Assembly: GCA_964016885.1 (NCBI GenBank)
Contig: OZ024743.1
Location: 116,188,001-116,252,000 of the forward strand
DNA: 64,000 nucleotides
Origin: Eledone cirrhosa
Taxonomy: Eukaryota
Reading direction: 5' to 3'
Position 1 is the first letter of the stretch. Each line of letters opens with the position of its first letter. The position numbers and the translations under genes were made by a program. The notes under the pieces were generated by a model. The model ran no database searches, was not told the origin of the DNA, and was given only the letters and a program-made list of their open reading frames with translations. Shown here piece after piece: positions 1 through 11,566 of the stretch.

Positions 1-170
1 TGTGTGTATATACAGAGAGAGAGAGAGAGAGAGAGAGATAGCAAATTGGACGGAGCAAGTTAATGGTATATATATGTATATGTATATATGTATGTATGTG
101 TATATCTATATATATATATATGTATGTATGTATGTATGTATGAATGTAAGTATATATATATATATATATA
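1..170. repeat. Compound (GA)n/(TA)n/(TATG)n microsatellite
   Basis: Directly visible simple repeats; ORF 2..391 is their translation. Confidence 0.95.
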
Positions 171-259
171 AAAGCAAAGGGATATTTAATTTGTGGGTAA
201 TTCAACAATTATATATATTTATAACAGATTCGAAGCACTCGACAGTTTTCTGGAGTATA

Positions 260-445
260 ATATCAATGATATTAATAAATGGAAACTATATTTATAAAAC
301 CATATTTATTCTATTATATATATTTCAAGGGTACCAAAACTTTGGTACGCTCTCTCTCTCATCAGATAAAGTACCCTTGAAATATATATAATAGAATAAA
401 TATGGTTTTATAAATATAGTTTCCATTTATTAATATCATTGATAT
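260..445. mobile_element. Fold-back PLE pseudo-LTR fragment (about 75-bp inverted arms around a hammerhead)
   Basis: 260-334 is the reverse complement of 371-445, with a 36-bp spacer. The same family recurs at 25540-25601 plus 26194-26250. Confidence 0.75.
310..370 (-). ncRNA. Minimal type I hammerhead ribozyme (PLE-type)
   Basis: Minus strand: TTTAT CTGATGA gagagagagc GTACCAAAG-TTTTGGTAC cctt GAAA TATATA TA^ ATAGA. Helix I is TTTAT/ATAGA and helix III is palindromic. The helix II base is disturbed by a (GA)n expansion. Confidence 0.65.
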
Positions 446-574
446 ATATATGTATATATATATATATATAAAACAACAGTATATATCGAGATATACACCC
501 ACTTATACATACATAAAAACATACCAATACATACGCATGCATATAGAATACAAATATACTTACACACTACTACA

Positions 575-720
575 ATTATAGGTACCACTCAATTTTACCA
601 GATGAGTGAATAGGGGGACATGAATATAAAAAGACTTGCCTAGTGACATATGCCGGCGCTTAAAATCGAACCCAAGGTTGCCTGATCGCGAGACGAACAC
701 CCTAATGACTGAACTACGTA
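575..720 (-). mobile_element. Diverged tRNA-derived SINE fragment
   Basis: B-box-like GGTTCGATT on the minus strand, followed by a tgtcactaggcaagtc segment resembling the central region of cephalopod SINEs. Confidence 0.5.
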
Positions 721-1567
721 TTTTACACACCCACACAGTCGCATACACACATATATATAAATATGTAAAATACATAGTAAATATAAATAGATAATTTAGT
801 ATACATGCCCGAGCCTATACAGTTATAACTAGAAGTGTCTATTTAGTGTATACTGAAGCATCTGTGTGGATGTACATATGAATGCAAGCCTATATGTAAA
901 TATTTGTGTGTATATATATATATAATATGATTACAATTGTTAACTGAATAAATTGTGAGTTGAATATCCTAGATAGTGAAGTGTTGCGGCAGCCATTTTG
1001 TACCAAGCGCATTATACGTGACCAAAGCACTTATGCAAAATACAATGGCCATCTGTCTCATTCAAACCAATGAAAATACAAATCAAGTTGTGTGCGCACA
1101 CGCAGGCACACACACACACACACACACACACACATCAACATACACCTCCTGCACATAAACATAAACATACACGCACGCAGACTCAGACATAGACATACAG
1201 ATACCAAACATATACGCATAGATTCACACATATCAACACGCACAAAATAAATGATGCGCAAATCAAATCTGTATAGAAAAGAAATATAATGAAAGTAAGA
1301 GCAAGTAATCCCCTACAAAAAATAAACAAAGAATTATAACGTGTTGGTATCACTTCAGTTTCAAGGATTATCGTATTAAGAAGTCAAAAACGAATATCTG
1401 CCCTGCTGAGTCATATGAAATAAATGAAAATAAATGATAGTGCTTTTTTTTTACATTGTTATCACATAAAACCTTCAATGTGCACAAAAGTGATGAATTA
1501 TTCATTATGGTCTACAGTTTCTTGACCAGAAATCACAATTTTTCACTCTCATTTTATATATAAAAAT

Positions 1568-1569
<2 letters not shown>

Positions 1570-1652
<83 letters not shown>
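1570..1652. repeat. (CA)n(TA)n microsatellite
   Basis: Directly visible. Confidence 0.95.
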
Positions 1653-1656
<4 letters not shown>

Positions 1657-1989
1657 TTCGTGTGTATGTGTTTATATATGTACGTACGTATATAATCCAC
1701 AACAATTGAGAGGTATATCAATTTCCAAACAGGATGTCAAAAGTTCTACCCTCCTCGCTTCAAAATTGAAGGCCCACTGGATTTCTACCCTTGCCGAAAA
1801 TTTGGTGTGAACTGAAATATATTTAATTCTTCTGAGAGTGATCCTAGATGAGCCACATCATAGCGGGAAACGAATTCGGGAATCACTATAAAACTCTAAT
1901 AAAGTCTATGCGAAGTGTCTGGCAAAGAGGATGTAGGGAAAGTGACGAGTCCAATCTAGCGGATGAACAGTGTTGGTTTTGCCCGGATG

Positions 1990-2620
1990 CAGCATAGTCG
2001 GCAACATATTCATACTACAGTAGGACATTGTTGTGAAATACTCTGTAAATGTATGGGATTGAATAACATCTTCCTGTTGCCCTGATGCCTCTAAACAAAT
2101 GTCATAGCATTTGTGTTCAGATATGTTGAAAACATTCAATGTCGGTGTCGGATTTCGTCAAAAGTGGGTCCTGTCAATTCTCCTCTCCATAATTGTAATG
2201 AACAGCATTGATATCCGCAGCCAAGTAGGAAATTGTATCCCGAAAGGTTCGTGTAGGTTCAGTCAGCTGGAACTTGTAAACGACATGTTTCTTATTTAAA
2301 TCGTCAGAAGTTGATCTCAGACATGCACTTGATAGATTTGTGGTTGCACTGCAGGAATGAAAATCAAGTTGAGAAACACGTCATCTTAAGGAAACTGCAC
2401 ACTCCATTCTACATGCGAGAGACATCCACTGAAGCAGGTAGTGACGTTCATCTATCTCGACGCCATGTTCACGAGTGTTGGAAGAGAGGAGGCTGAATTC
2501 AGTGTGAGAATTGCAGAAGCTTTTGCATTTATGCGCCAAATTCAGCATTCGGTAATCAGAAGAGAAATAGGTGTAAAAGGCAAACATAACGTAAACTATT
2601 CAGAGTATCGCCTACATAAT
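1990..2620 (+). pseudogene. Highly degenerate RTE-like reverse transcriptase fragment
   Basis: ORF 2111..2299 FNVGVGFRQKWVLSILLSIIVMN resembles F.V.VGLRQGCVLSPLLF.I.MD; LVNDMFLI falls at the FADD position. Confidence 0.6.
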
Positions 2621-3386
2621 ATTAGAAAAGCTTCAAAACATAACTTACAATTCAGTTATGTATATGTAATTTCGTACCGGCATATATGTAACTACCTTAC
2701 GGTATGCTAGATTCAACTTATTTCACCAACCAATTCTGCGATAGATAATTTAAACTGGTTTCGCGTTTATATAGCTTTCTGTCGTAGTATTTGGCCACCA
2801 CAAAATGAATTCGATAAAACGGAAAACCATTTAGTCGTTGTACGATGATATAAAAACATCCAGTAAGCGCAAAGTTATTTGCTTTACAATGATAAATCCA
2901 TTTTAGAAGCATTGCAAATAAGTAACATATAGAAGTTCAATCGAGGAAATATATATATCTATATACATGCTCTATAACATTTTTAGTATATCATTTCAAT
3001 ATTTAAGTGTGCCAATATATCCTTTTAGGAAAGGTCAATATATATCCTTTTAGGAATCATAGCACACATAACAGATAACACACAGCACACATAACAGATA
3101 TTACCGAGGCTGCATTAATAAAAGTACGATGTTATGAGTTTAATTTTCCTTTTATATTTCCTTTGCGTGTATATATGTAGATATACATAAGAATAGCATT
3201 AAAAAATATGCTGATATTACATAAGTCATTTATTCATTATAATTATTTCCTTGGTTCCTTTATGCAATTCAAGATGTAACGCATGTATTTGTTGTTGGTA
3301 TGGGAGTGATATCTTGAGATGAAAATCCGATTATGTGATATGCTGTAGGCAAAAACAATCATGTCCTTCATCATGTGTGTCCTATA

Positions 3387-3461
<75 letters not shown>

Positions 3462-3479
3462 TTTATGTGATAAATGAAA

Positions 3480-4400
3480 GGGATTTTCTCTTTCAGCTAA
3501 AGTAACTTCACTATAATAAAGGAAACTGTTTTAAGATTCTTCATCAAAACTGATGTTAAAAGTTTCTAAGCTAATGCTGTTTATTAAGCATTTTCGCCAT
3601 TATGTGTATTGATTTAGGTATTCTTTAGTAATATATAAGAACTGTTCTTTTTTAGTTTTCTGTAAGGAATACACGTACCGGTATTTATCGATAAAGAGAG
3701 GATCAAGAAATAGTCAATTCGAAAACGATTATAGAAGTCCTTTCGAAATTTATCTGGAGGGGCATCCTTTGGTAAATGATATATTATCCGACCGACGATC
3801 ATCATTATAGAGCCCAGCTTTAACTGAAAATATTTTCTTCACATGAGTATAATATATAAAGACCTAGTGTTTCAAAGACCTCTGATTCGACGCGTAATAA
3901 CCTTACGATGGCCTTTGCAATTAGCCCCAAAGTGATTATACTAGAAACGCAATGGATTTCTAGCATTCATCATAATATCAATATTGATATCATTAGTAAA
4001 GTAGTTAAATATTTTTGAATTAGAAATTTTCTGGCTGAGGGACTGAATTTCTACTATATCAAATTTATTTAATTTTCATTATTTTTATGCTGCTGGAGCA
4101 CTTCATTACCAACATAAATTTAACAAAAGTATGGTTTGAATAATTTTAGAATTAATGGAAACTAAAATAAATTTGTTAATTTTACATAATTGAAAACTTT
4201 ACATAATTTGCTTTTTCCATGATTGCAATTGCCATCTTGATTATAAAGTTTTAATGACCTTTTAATTTTAATATATTACATTTTTAAAATGTATTATTAT
4301 TCCCATCAAGTCAAAGAAATTGCAGTTCCGTTAGAGTATAGGATAAATTGGCTTCCAGTGTTTGTTTTTACGACATGAGTTCGAATGCTGTCAAGGACAA
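3480..4400 (-). pseudogene. Degenerate Penelope-like RT fragment
   Basis: Minus-strand remnants DIMMNAR, DKFRK and FLILSLSINTGTCIPYRK match PLE RT motifs and parallel the copy at 53260-54560. Confidence 0.6.
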
Positions 4401-4842
4401 TTTTATATTCAACCCTTTCGTTGATAATCAACAATCCGCTTGTGCATAGCAGAATTGCTAAAATATTGGATGAAGGAAATATATTGCTTGTAAATACCAG
4501 CTTCGAATAGCATAAGGACGAGTTCAATTGGAATACTATCTCGATGGTATTAATATACGCGGATGTGGATCCTCTATAATGTGGGATAATAACATCGAAG
4601 ACTTTTTCACACTGAAATTAATTATTGACTTTAATTAACCAAAATTATGCAGAGGCAGTTTATGTCCAATTACTTATATATGTACATATTTTCTCATCAA
4701 TGTATTGTATACACGCATACAAACGTTCGCTTTCTTCAACGGTACTGGGGCAAGAGGGATGATAAGGTATATGATATAGGATAAGAAATTAAATTATATA
4801 AAGAAGGTATAGGCATATACAAACACACACATACATTCATAA

Positions 4843-4872
<30 letters not shown>

Positions 4873-4879
<7 letters not shown>

Positions 4880-5191
4880 TAGAAGGAAAAGAAAATGCTG
4901 ACAAATTTTTCCCAGTGAAAAATAGTTTAATTAAGAATAAGTATAAATTAGTAATAAGTATTGGTTAGTATTCTGTTTTAGTTTTAAGGTTTTACCGGTT
5001 GCGCATTTTTAATGCTTTTCAAAAATAATTTTGAGATAGAGCGCTCGTGATTTTTGCTCTAATCAGATTAAAACTTAAAACTAAAACTGAATACTAACCA
5101 ATACTTATTACTAATTTATACTTATTCCTAATTAAACTTTTTTTAACTGGGAAAAATTTGTCACCATTTTCTTTTCCTTTTACTAATATAT
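4873..5191. mobile_element. Fold-back element: about 120-bp inverted arms with a degenerate hammerhead in the spacer
   Basis: 4873-4993 vs 5070-5191 are inverted with several mismatches, in (TA)n. Minus strand 4990-5025 reads TTT TTGAAAA GCAT-TAAAA-ATGC GCAA CCGG TA AAA. Confidence 0.7.
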
Positions 5192-5217
5192 CACAACTCG
5201 TGTGTTAAACCTCTATT

Positions 5218-5262
<45 letters not shown>

Positions 5263-5264
<2 letters not shown>

Positions 5265-5850
5265 CGAAGGAAATGTGGTAAGGAACCAGGTGGAACATAA
5301 CGCACCAAAGTACTCAATACTTAGGGTAGTAGAGTGGGTCATAGGAACAAGTAAGACCCCGACGGCTGAGCTCAAGCCGTTTCGACGGCTAATTCTGTAC
5401 TGAATGAAAAATTAATTCTGGTATTTAAATAGCCGAACTTATCAAGGGGTAATTCCATATATGGTCAAAGAGATAATCACCAGGATTGGTCACATCACAA
5501 GTTAGTAGTAAATCTGTGATAGCAAGTTGGTGGGGGAAGGGGTAGCTAAACCTGCCAGTAGGAGAAAAAGGGAGAGGGGTTGGAGTAGACCCATTCATGC
5601 GTTGGTAGTGCCAGCTACAGCTGGGTGTGAGGTCAAAAAGGATACTGGGGAGGGTGAGGGTGAGGAGGTCGAAACGGTAAGTAGAACAATGAAAAGTAAA
5701 ACTGTAAAAGGTACTGAGAGAGATAAAAAATAAAAAAATAAGCAAAATCTGGTTACTAAGACTTAAGTCTCTCGCTATTGCTAGGCTGAAGAAATACATA
5801 AATAAATAAATAAACAAATAAGTGAATAAAAGAATAGATAAATAAATTTT
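5263..5850 (-). mobile_element. PLE 3' UTR/pseudo-LTR copy (family with U3-A8 hammerhead), flanked by (TA)n
   Basis: Homologous in inverted orientation to 11075-11570; contains the HHR at 5356-5450. Confidence 0.75.
5356..5450 (-). ncRNA. Type I hammerhead ribozyme with U3-A8 covariant core
   Basis: Minus strand: ACCCC TTGATAA Gtt CGGCTA...TAGCCG tC GAAA CGGCT-TGAGCTC-AGCCG TC^ GGGGT. All three helices pair and the cleavage triplet is GUC. Confidence 0.8.
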
Positions 5851-5880
5851 AAAAAAAAAATATATATATATATATATATA

Positions 5881-6072
5881 GGAACCAGTAAGACCCCGAC
5901 AGCTGAGCTCAAGCCGTTTCGACGGCTAATTCAGTCCAGAATTAGCCGTCGAAACGGCTTGAGCTCAGCTGTCGGGGTCTTACTGGTTCCTATTACCCAC
6001 TCTACTACCTCAAGTATTGAGTACTTTGGTGCGTTATGGTCCACCTGGTTCCTTACCACATTTCCTTCGTTA
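5881..6072 (+). mobile_element. Fold-back mini-copy of the same pseudo-LTR family
   Basis: Perfect 52-bp inverted arms 5881-5932 and 5939-5990 (each the 3' half of the HHR), then the family tail to 6072. (TA)n lies on both sides. Confidence 0.85.
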
Positions 6073-6287
6073 TATATATATATATATATATATTCAGGTT
6101 TGAGGTTCACCACTGTATAGAGCTGGTCTATTCCGTATGGTCAATCGTAATGCAATAATATAGAGAGTACTCAACGTAAAGCAGTTCAACCGTCTTTGTT
6201 TTTGTAGTTGGTGGTGCTATTACGGAGTTAAATATTATAATGAAATGACAGGAGGCGGGATTTGTGTAAATCCTTGAAAGGTTTATT

Positions 6288-6345
6288 ATACTATGATCAT
6301 TTCAATGACCGGGTTCCGTATGAATCCGGTGATATCATCAGGTAT
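6288..6345 (-). ncRNA. Minimal type I hammerhead ribozyme
   Basis: Reverse complement of 9869-9926. Confidence 0.8.
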
Positions 6346-7701
6346 TCGAAATATAATACGTGAATGTAATAGGTAAAATCCATGGGGCTGAAAATCGAGA
6401 CCCGAGGGCGACCGCTATTCTGTTCCTTCAACCTCAGCCGGTCGCCCTGGAGTGACGTGGCTAAATTTTATAGTATGCTACTACCGGTCAGATGAACGAA
6501 AACAGAAAGAGATGGGAGCATAGGTTAACGTCGATCCCATGATACAAGGTAAAAGAAAGAAAGAAAGGAAAGAGAAGAAGGGGGAAGAAAGAAGAAGAGA
6601 AGTCAGGGTTAATGTCAGCTAAAAGAGGAAGGTAACTACTACTGGTCAGATATAGGCAAGCAAGAGGGGGAAGGAAGATAAGTCTGCGGGAGTAGGAGAG
6701 GAGAGAAGGAAGGGAAGAGAGAAGTAGAAAAGTAAGGGTTGATGGCTACAAGAAGGAAGATAGAAAGGAAGAGGAAGAAAGGTCGATATTATTGTCAGAC
6801 CACAGTCAAGCCAGGAGTGGCGCGAGAGAATTTTCACAGGGACCCGCATCTTAGCGGAGATGAATATATTGGGAGTCAGTGTTTTACAGTGTTTAGACTT
6901 CTAGGATGAAGTTAACAAAATTAATAATCAATATTCAATATTAAAGAGGTTAGAAAATTTAAAGTTCAACAGTTTAACAATTAATTATATAATAGTTCCG
7001 ATTTGTTCTGTAATTTAAAGGTACTATTTGGCGGTTAAAACAACGGCCGGGCCCCATGGCGAATTAAGCCACGCCGAGTATTTTCATTTACTGAAAGAAG
7101 GGGAAATTTATTTTTCCAAGCACTCCAGGTGAGCTGGTTCGCCAGGGAGCTGGTCGCGCCGCCATTAAAACCCACCCCACAGTCCGACAGAAAGTTGGAA
7201 CTTTAAAATTTAGCTTAGAGAAGTAAAAGAGTAATGGTTGATAGCTACAAGAAGGAAGATAGAAAGAGAGAGGAAGGAAGGTCGATATTAATGTCACACC
7301 ACGGTCGGGCCAGGAGTGGCGCGACAAAATGTTCACAGGGACTCGCATCTTAGCAGAGGTGAATATATTGGGGGTCAGTGTGTTACAATGTTTAGACTTA
7401 TAGGATGAAGTTAAAAAATTAATAAATTAATAATCAATATTCCAAAATGTAATAATCAACAGCGGCATGGGACTGAATATATCTAACAACAATTCGAACT
7501 TTGGCTACCCGGTGCTTTCGCCTGGCCCTTTGCTACTCCCCTCACAGAATATCCGAACTTCGACGAAACTCCACGGACTGGACCATAACATGTATTGTAC
7601 TGCACTGAATTAACTAAATGGCTACCCTATACTTCTGGGCATGTATAACTCACACTGAACTCCCAGACTCGAACACGCACTGTTTCCACATATATATGCA
7701 T

Positions 7702-8033
7702 GAACTATATTGTATTTCTCCTGTGTCTTGAACTCTCCATTTAATAGACAACGACTCTTGTTTGTTTATTTATATCTTTACATCTTTATTTGCTGTATTA
7801 ATGCTCCTCCACGTATTCTACCCCTATACATCCATGTACTTTCTACTTCCCTTATTCGGACTTTTACTCGCGTGTACCCTCAGCACACGTCACTGGAATA
7901 TTTCCCCCTGGGAACATAAATACCGCAACCTGAACTATATTGTATTTCTCCTGTCTCTTGAACTCTACATTTACTAGACAACGACTATTGTTTGTTTATC
8001 TATATCTTCACATCTTTGTTTGCTGTATTAATG
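7702..8033. repeat. About 100-bp direct repeat at 230-bp spacing in the PLE UTR
   Basis: gaactatattgtatttctcctg...gctgtattaatg occurs at about 7702 and about 7932. Confidence 0.8.
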
Positions 8034-8494
8034 TCCTGATTTTTCCATCTTACTCCAACACCACTCTTGTTGGTTTATTTACATGTTTATACCTATATAT
8101 TGATATGTTTATATATTTATACCTCTGCTGTACCAATGTGCTCTTCCACGTATTCCACTTCTATATATCCATGTATTTCTACTCCTCACATTGGGACCTG
8201 TACCCATTAGCACACGACACTAGAATGTCTCCTCCTGAGAACAAAAATTAAACATTACACGACTATATCCCGTACTCTACATGCCACTAGGATAAATTAC
8301 AGATCTACATAATACAATTAATGTTCCTTCATAAATGACTATTTAATTAAACCCCGCAACCCAAAACCTCATAGAAGTTATTTGAATGTCTAATCTTCAA
8401 TTTTCTGTTTGTTCAACTCTCAATCCTCTTACTCCTTAGTTTCATAATGTTATTCTGAATTCTTTCAACTTCATCCGATAGAGTTAAGCAAAAT

Positions 8495-9495
8495 TCTAAA
8501 GTTCCAACTTTCTGTCGGACCGTTGGGTGGGTTTTAGCGGCGGCGCGACCAGCTCCCTGGCGAACGGGCTCACCTGGAGTGCTTGGAAAAATAAATTCCC
8601 CTTCTTTCGGGAAATGAAAATACTCGGCGTGGCTTAATTAGCCATGGGGCCTGGGGCGCGGCCGGTGTTTTAACCGCCAAATAGTACCTTTAAATTACAG
8701 AACAAATCGGAACTATTATATATATCAACCTGAAACTGTTGGGCTTTAAATTTTCTAACCTCTTTAATATGGAATATTGATTATTAATTTATTAATTTTT
8801 TAACTTCATCCTATAAGTCTAAACATTGTAACACACTGACCCCCAATATATTCACCTCTGCTAAGATGCGAGTCCCTGTGAACATTTTGTCGCGCCACTC
8901 CTGGCCCGACCGTGGTGTGACATTAATATCGACCTTCCTTCCTCTCTCTTTCTATCTTCCTTCTTGTAGCTATCAACCATTACTCTTTTACTTCTCTAAG
9001 CTAAATTTTAAAGTTCCAACTTTCTGTCGGACTGTGGGGTGGGTTTTAATGGCGGCGCGACCAGTTCCCTGGCGAACCAGCTCACCTGGAGTGCTTGGAA
9101 AAATAAATTTCCCCTTCTTTCAGTAAATGAAAATACTCGGCGTGGCTTAATTCGCCATGGGGCCCGGCCGTTGTTTTAACCGCCAAATAGTACCTTTAAA
9201 TTACAGAACAAATCGGAACTATTATATAATTAATTGTTAAACTGTTGAACTTTAAATTTTCTAACCTCTTTAATATTGAATATTGATTATTAATTTTGTT
9301 AACTTCATCCTAGAAGTCTAAACACTGTAAAACACTGACTCCCAATATATTCATCTCCGCTAAGATGCGGGTCCCTGTGAAAATTCTCTCGCGCCACTCC
9401 TGGCTTGACTGTGGTCTGACAATAATATCGACCTTTCTTCCTCTTCCTTTCTATCTTCCTTCTTGTAGCCATCAACCCTTACTTTTCTACTTCTC
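8495..9495. repeat. About 500-bp tandem duplication in the PLE UTR
   Basis: aaagttccaactttctgtcggac occurs at about 8498 and 9010; taagatgcg...gcgccactcctgg occurs at about 8862 and 9361. Confidence 0.85.
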
Positions 9496-9868
9496 TCTTC
9501 CCTTCCTTCTCTCCTCTCCTACTCCCGCAGACTTATCTTCCTTCCCCCTCTTGCTTGCCTATATCTGACCAGTAGTAGTTACCTTCCTCTTTTAGCTGAC
9601 ATTAACCCTGACTTCTCTTCTTCTTTCTTCCCCCTTCTTCTCCTTCCTTTCTTTCTTTCTTTTACCTTGTATCATGGGATCGACGTTAACCTATGCTCCC
9701 ATCTCTTTCTGTTTTCGTTCATCTGACCGGTAGTAGCATACTATAAAATTTAGCCACGTCACTCCAGGGCGACCGGCTGAGGTTGAAGGAACAGAATAGC
9801 GGTCGCCCTCGGGTCTCGATTTTCAGCCCCATGGATTTTACCTATTACATTCACGTATTATATTCCGA

Positions 9869-9926
9869 ATACCTGATGATATCACCGGATTCATACGGAA
9901 CCCGGTCATTGAAATGATCATAGTAT
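9869..9926 (+). ncRNA. Minimal type I hammerhead ribozyme
   Basis: ATAC CTGATGA tatcACCGGaTTC-atacg-GAAcCCGGTcatt GAAA TGATCA TA^ GTAT. Helix I is ATAC/GTAT and helix III is the palindrome ATGATCAT. Confidence 0.8.
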
Positions 9927-9976
9927 AATAAACCTTTCAAGGATTTACACAAATCCAGCCTCCTCTCATTTCATTA

Positions 9977-10034
<58 letters not shown>

Positions 10035-10038
<4 letters not shown>

Positions 10039-11070
10039 GTAGAATAACAAAATAAATAATAATAATAGAAATAAATTAGGTGGGGCGGAAATAAAGGGAC
10101 CCTTATACGAGGTATAAGTGCGTGTCTCGTACGGTGACGGGTCAACAAAGGGGGGGGGGAGCAGAATACTAAAGAGACTACCACGAAAATAATAAAGGTT
10201 TCTACCCCAAACACAGGGCCAGCAACCACCCAGTGCAAGAAAGTAAACTAGTACGAGAATATAATTCAGGGTCCCGCAAAAAAATACTAGTGCTAACTCT
10301 AAGGGTACCGCCACGAAACAAAAAGTCTTATACAAGTTACATGAAAGATCGTACGAAGTAAAAGTAAAGAACGGAAAATTAATACAGGAACACCCCCCAC
10401 CCCACCCACACACACACAAAAAAAGGGGAAAAAGAAAAAAGAGATACTGGATAAACGAGAAATTAAAGCAAAGATGCCACTAAGAAATATAGAAGGCACG
10501 GAAAAAAGGGACAGCGGTCGGAGAAGGGGGCGAGTATCCGAAGTCTAACACCTCTGCTATAAAAAGCGGAGTCAGCCACATCTATCATAGAATATTTGAG
10601 GGGGTGGGGGTGCTGAAGCTACAAGGGATCGATGGGCTACCTCGGGTGGGCGAGAAAAAGACGACGACAAAGAAAGGGAACTGGGGTAGAAGGACTGGGG
10701 AGGGATGGGGGGAAGGAGGAAATATAGAGGGAGCGATAAAGGAATGTAAAAGAAGATCTTACGTCTCCATAGGCAAGCAGGGGTTACCCATTACAAAATA
10801 GGCAAGTGGGGTGTTATAGCCCTAGTCCCCCCCCCCCCCGGGTCATTATGGGGTTTGAGGGCGAGGTAAGTCCTAAGTAATCGGTGTTTACATGCAGTAA
10901 CCAGCTCATCTTTCTTGTTAAGGAGTTGATCCGTCGAAAACAGCATTTGTAATGTTTCCTCCGAGCATCAATTGCACGGACGGCGTCCTCCCGTGTAAGA
11001 GTTGGCTCTGGACAGTAATTTCCAAGTGAGATCATAGTTGATGTTGTTGTCCTTGAGGTCCCATATGTGG
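10035..11070 (-). mobile_element. PLE fragment: GIY-YIG endonuclease C-terminus plus 3' UTR
   Basis: Minus strand 11070-10880 translates HIWDLKDNNINYDLTWKLLSRANSYTGGRRPCN*CSEETLQMLFSTDQLLNKKDELVTACKHR, homologous to 22063-22270. Confidence 0.8.
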
Positions 11071-11074
11071 CCTT

Positions 11075-11566
11075 TTATTTATATATCTATTCTTTTATTC
11101 ACTAATTTTTTTATTTATTTATGTATTTCTTCAGCCTAGCAATAGCGAGAGACTTAAGTCTTAGTAACCAGATTTTGCTTTTTTTTCTTCTCTCTCAGTA
11201 CCTTTTACAGTTTTACCTTTCATTGTTTTACTTACCGTTTCGACCTCCTCCCCCTCACCCTCCCCAGTATCCTCTTTGACCTCACACCCAGCTGTAGCTG
11301 GCACTACCAACGCATGAATGGGTCTACTCCACCCCCTCTCCCTTTTTCTCCTACTGGCAGGTTTAGCTACCCCTTCCCCCACCAACTTGCCATCACAGAT
11401 TTACTACTAACTCGTGATGTGACCAATCCTGGTGATTATCTCTTTGACCATATATGGAATTACCCCTTGATAAGTTCGGCTATCTAAATACCAGAATTAA
11501 TTTTTCATTCAGTACAGAATTAGCCGTCGAAACGGCTTGAGCTCAGCCGCCGGGGTCTTACTTGTT

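Larger units (their letters stand above)
6231..9983 (+). mobile_element. 5'-truncated Penelope-like element with a 1.2-kb inverted pseudo-LTR
   Basis: 6231-7443 is a near-identical reverse complement of 8770-9983, with an HHR in each arm. There is a possible ORF C-terminal remnant (IINSGMGLNISNN) at about 7450. It ends in (TA)n. Confidence 0.75.

Noticed and set aside
6646-9568. Four similar small ORFs (MRVPV...) resembling a gene family
   Set aside because: They come from the tandem duplication and inverted repeat of a non-coding PLE UTR and have no protein motif.
10095-10145. GACCC...CTTATAC/GTATAAG...GGGTC hairpin in the PLE UTR
   Set aside because: No CUGANGA or GAAA core; it cannot be called a ribozyme.
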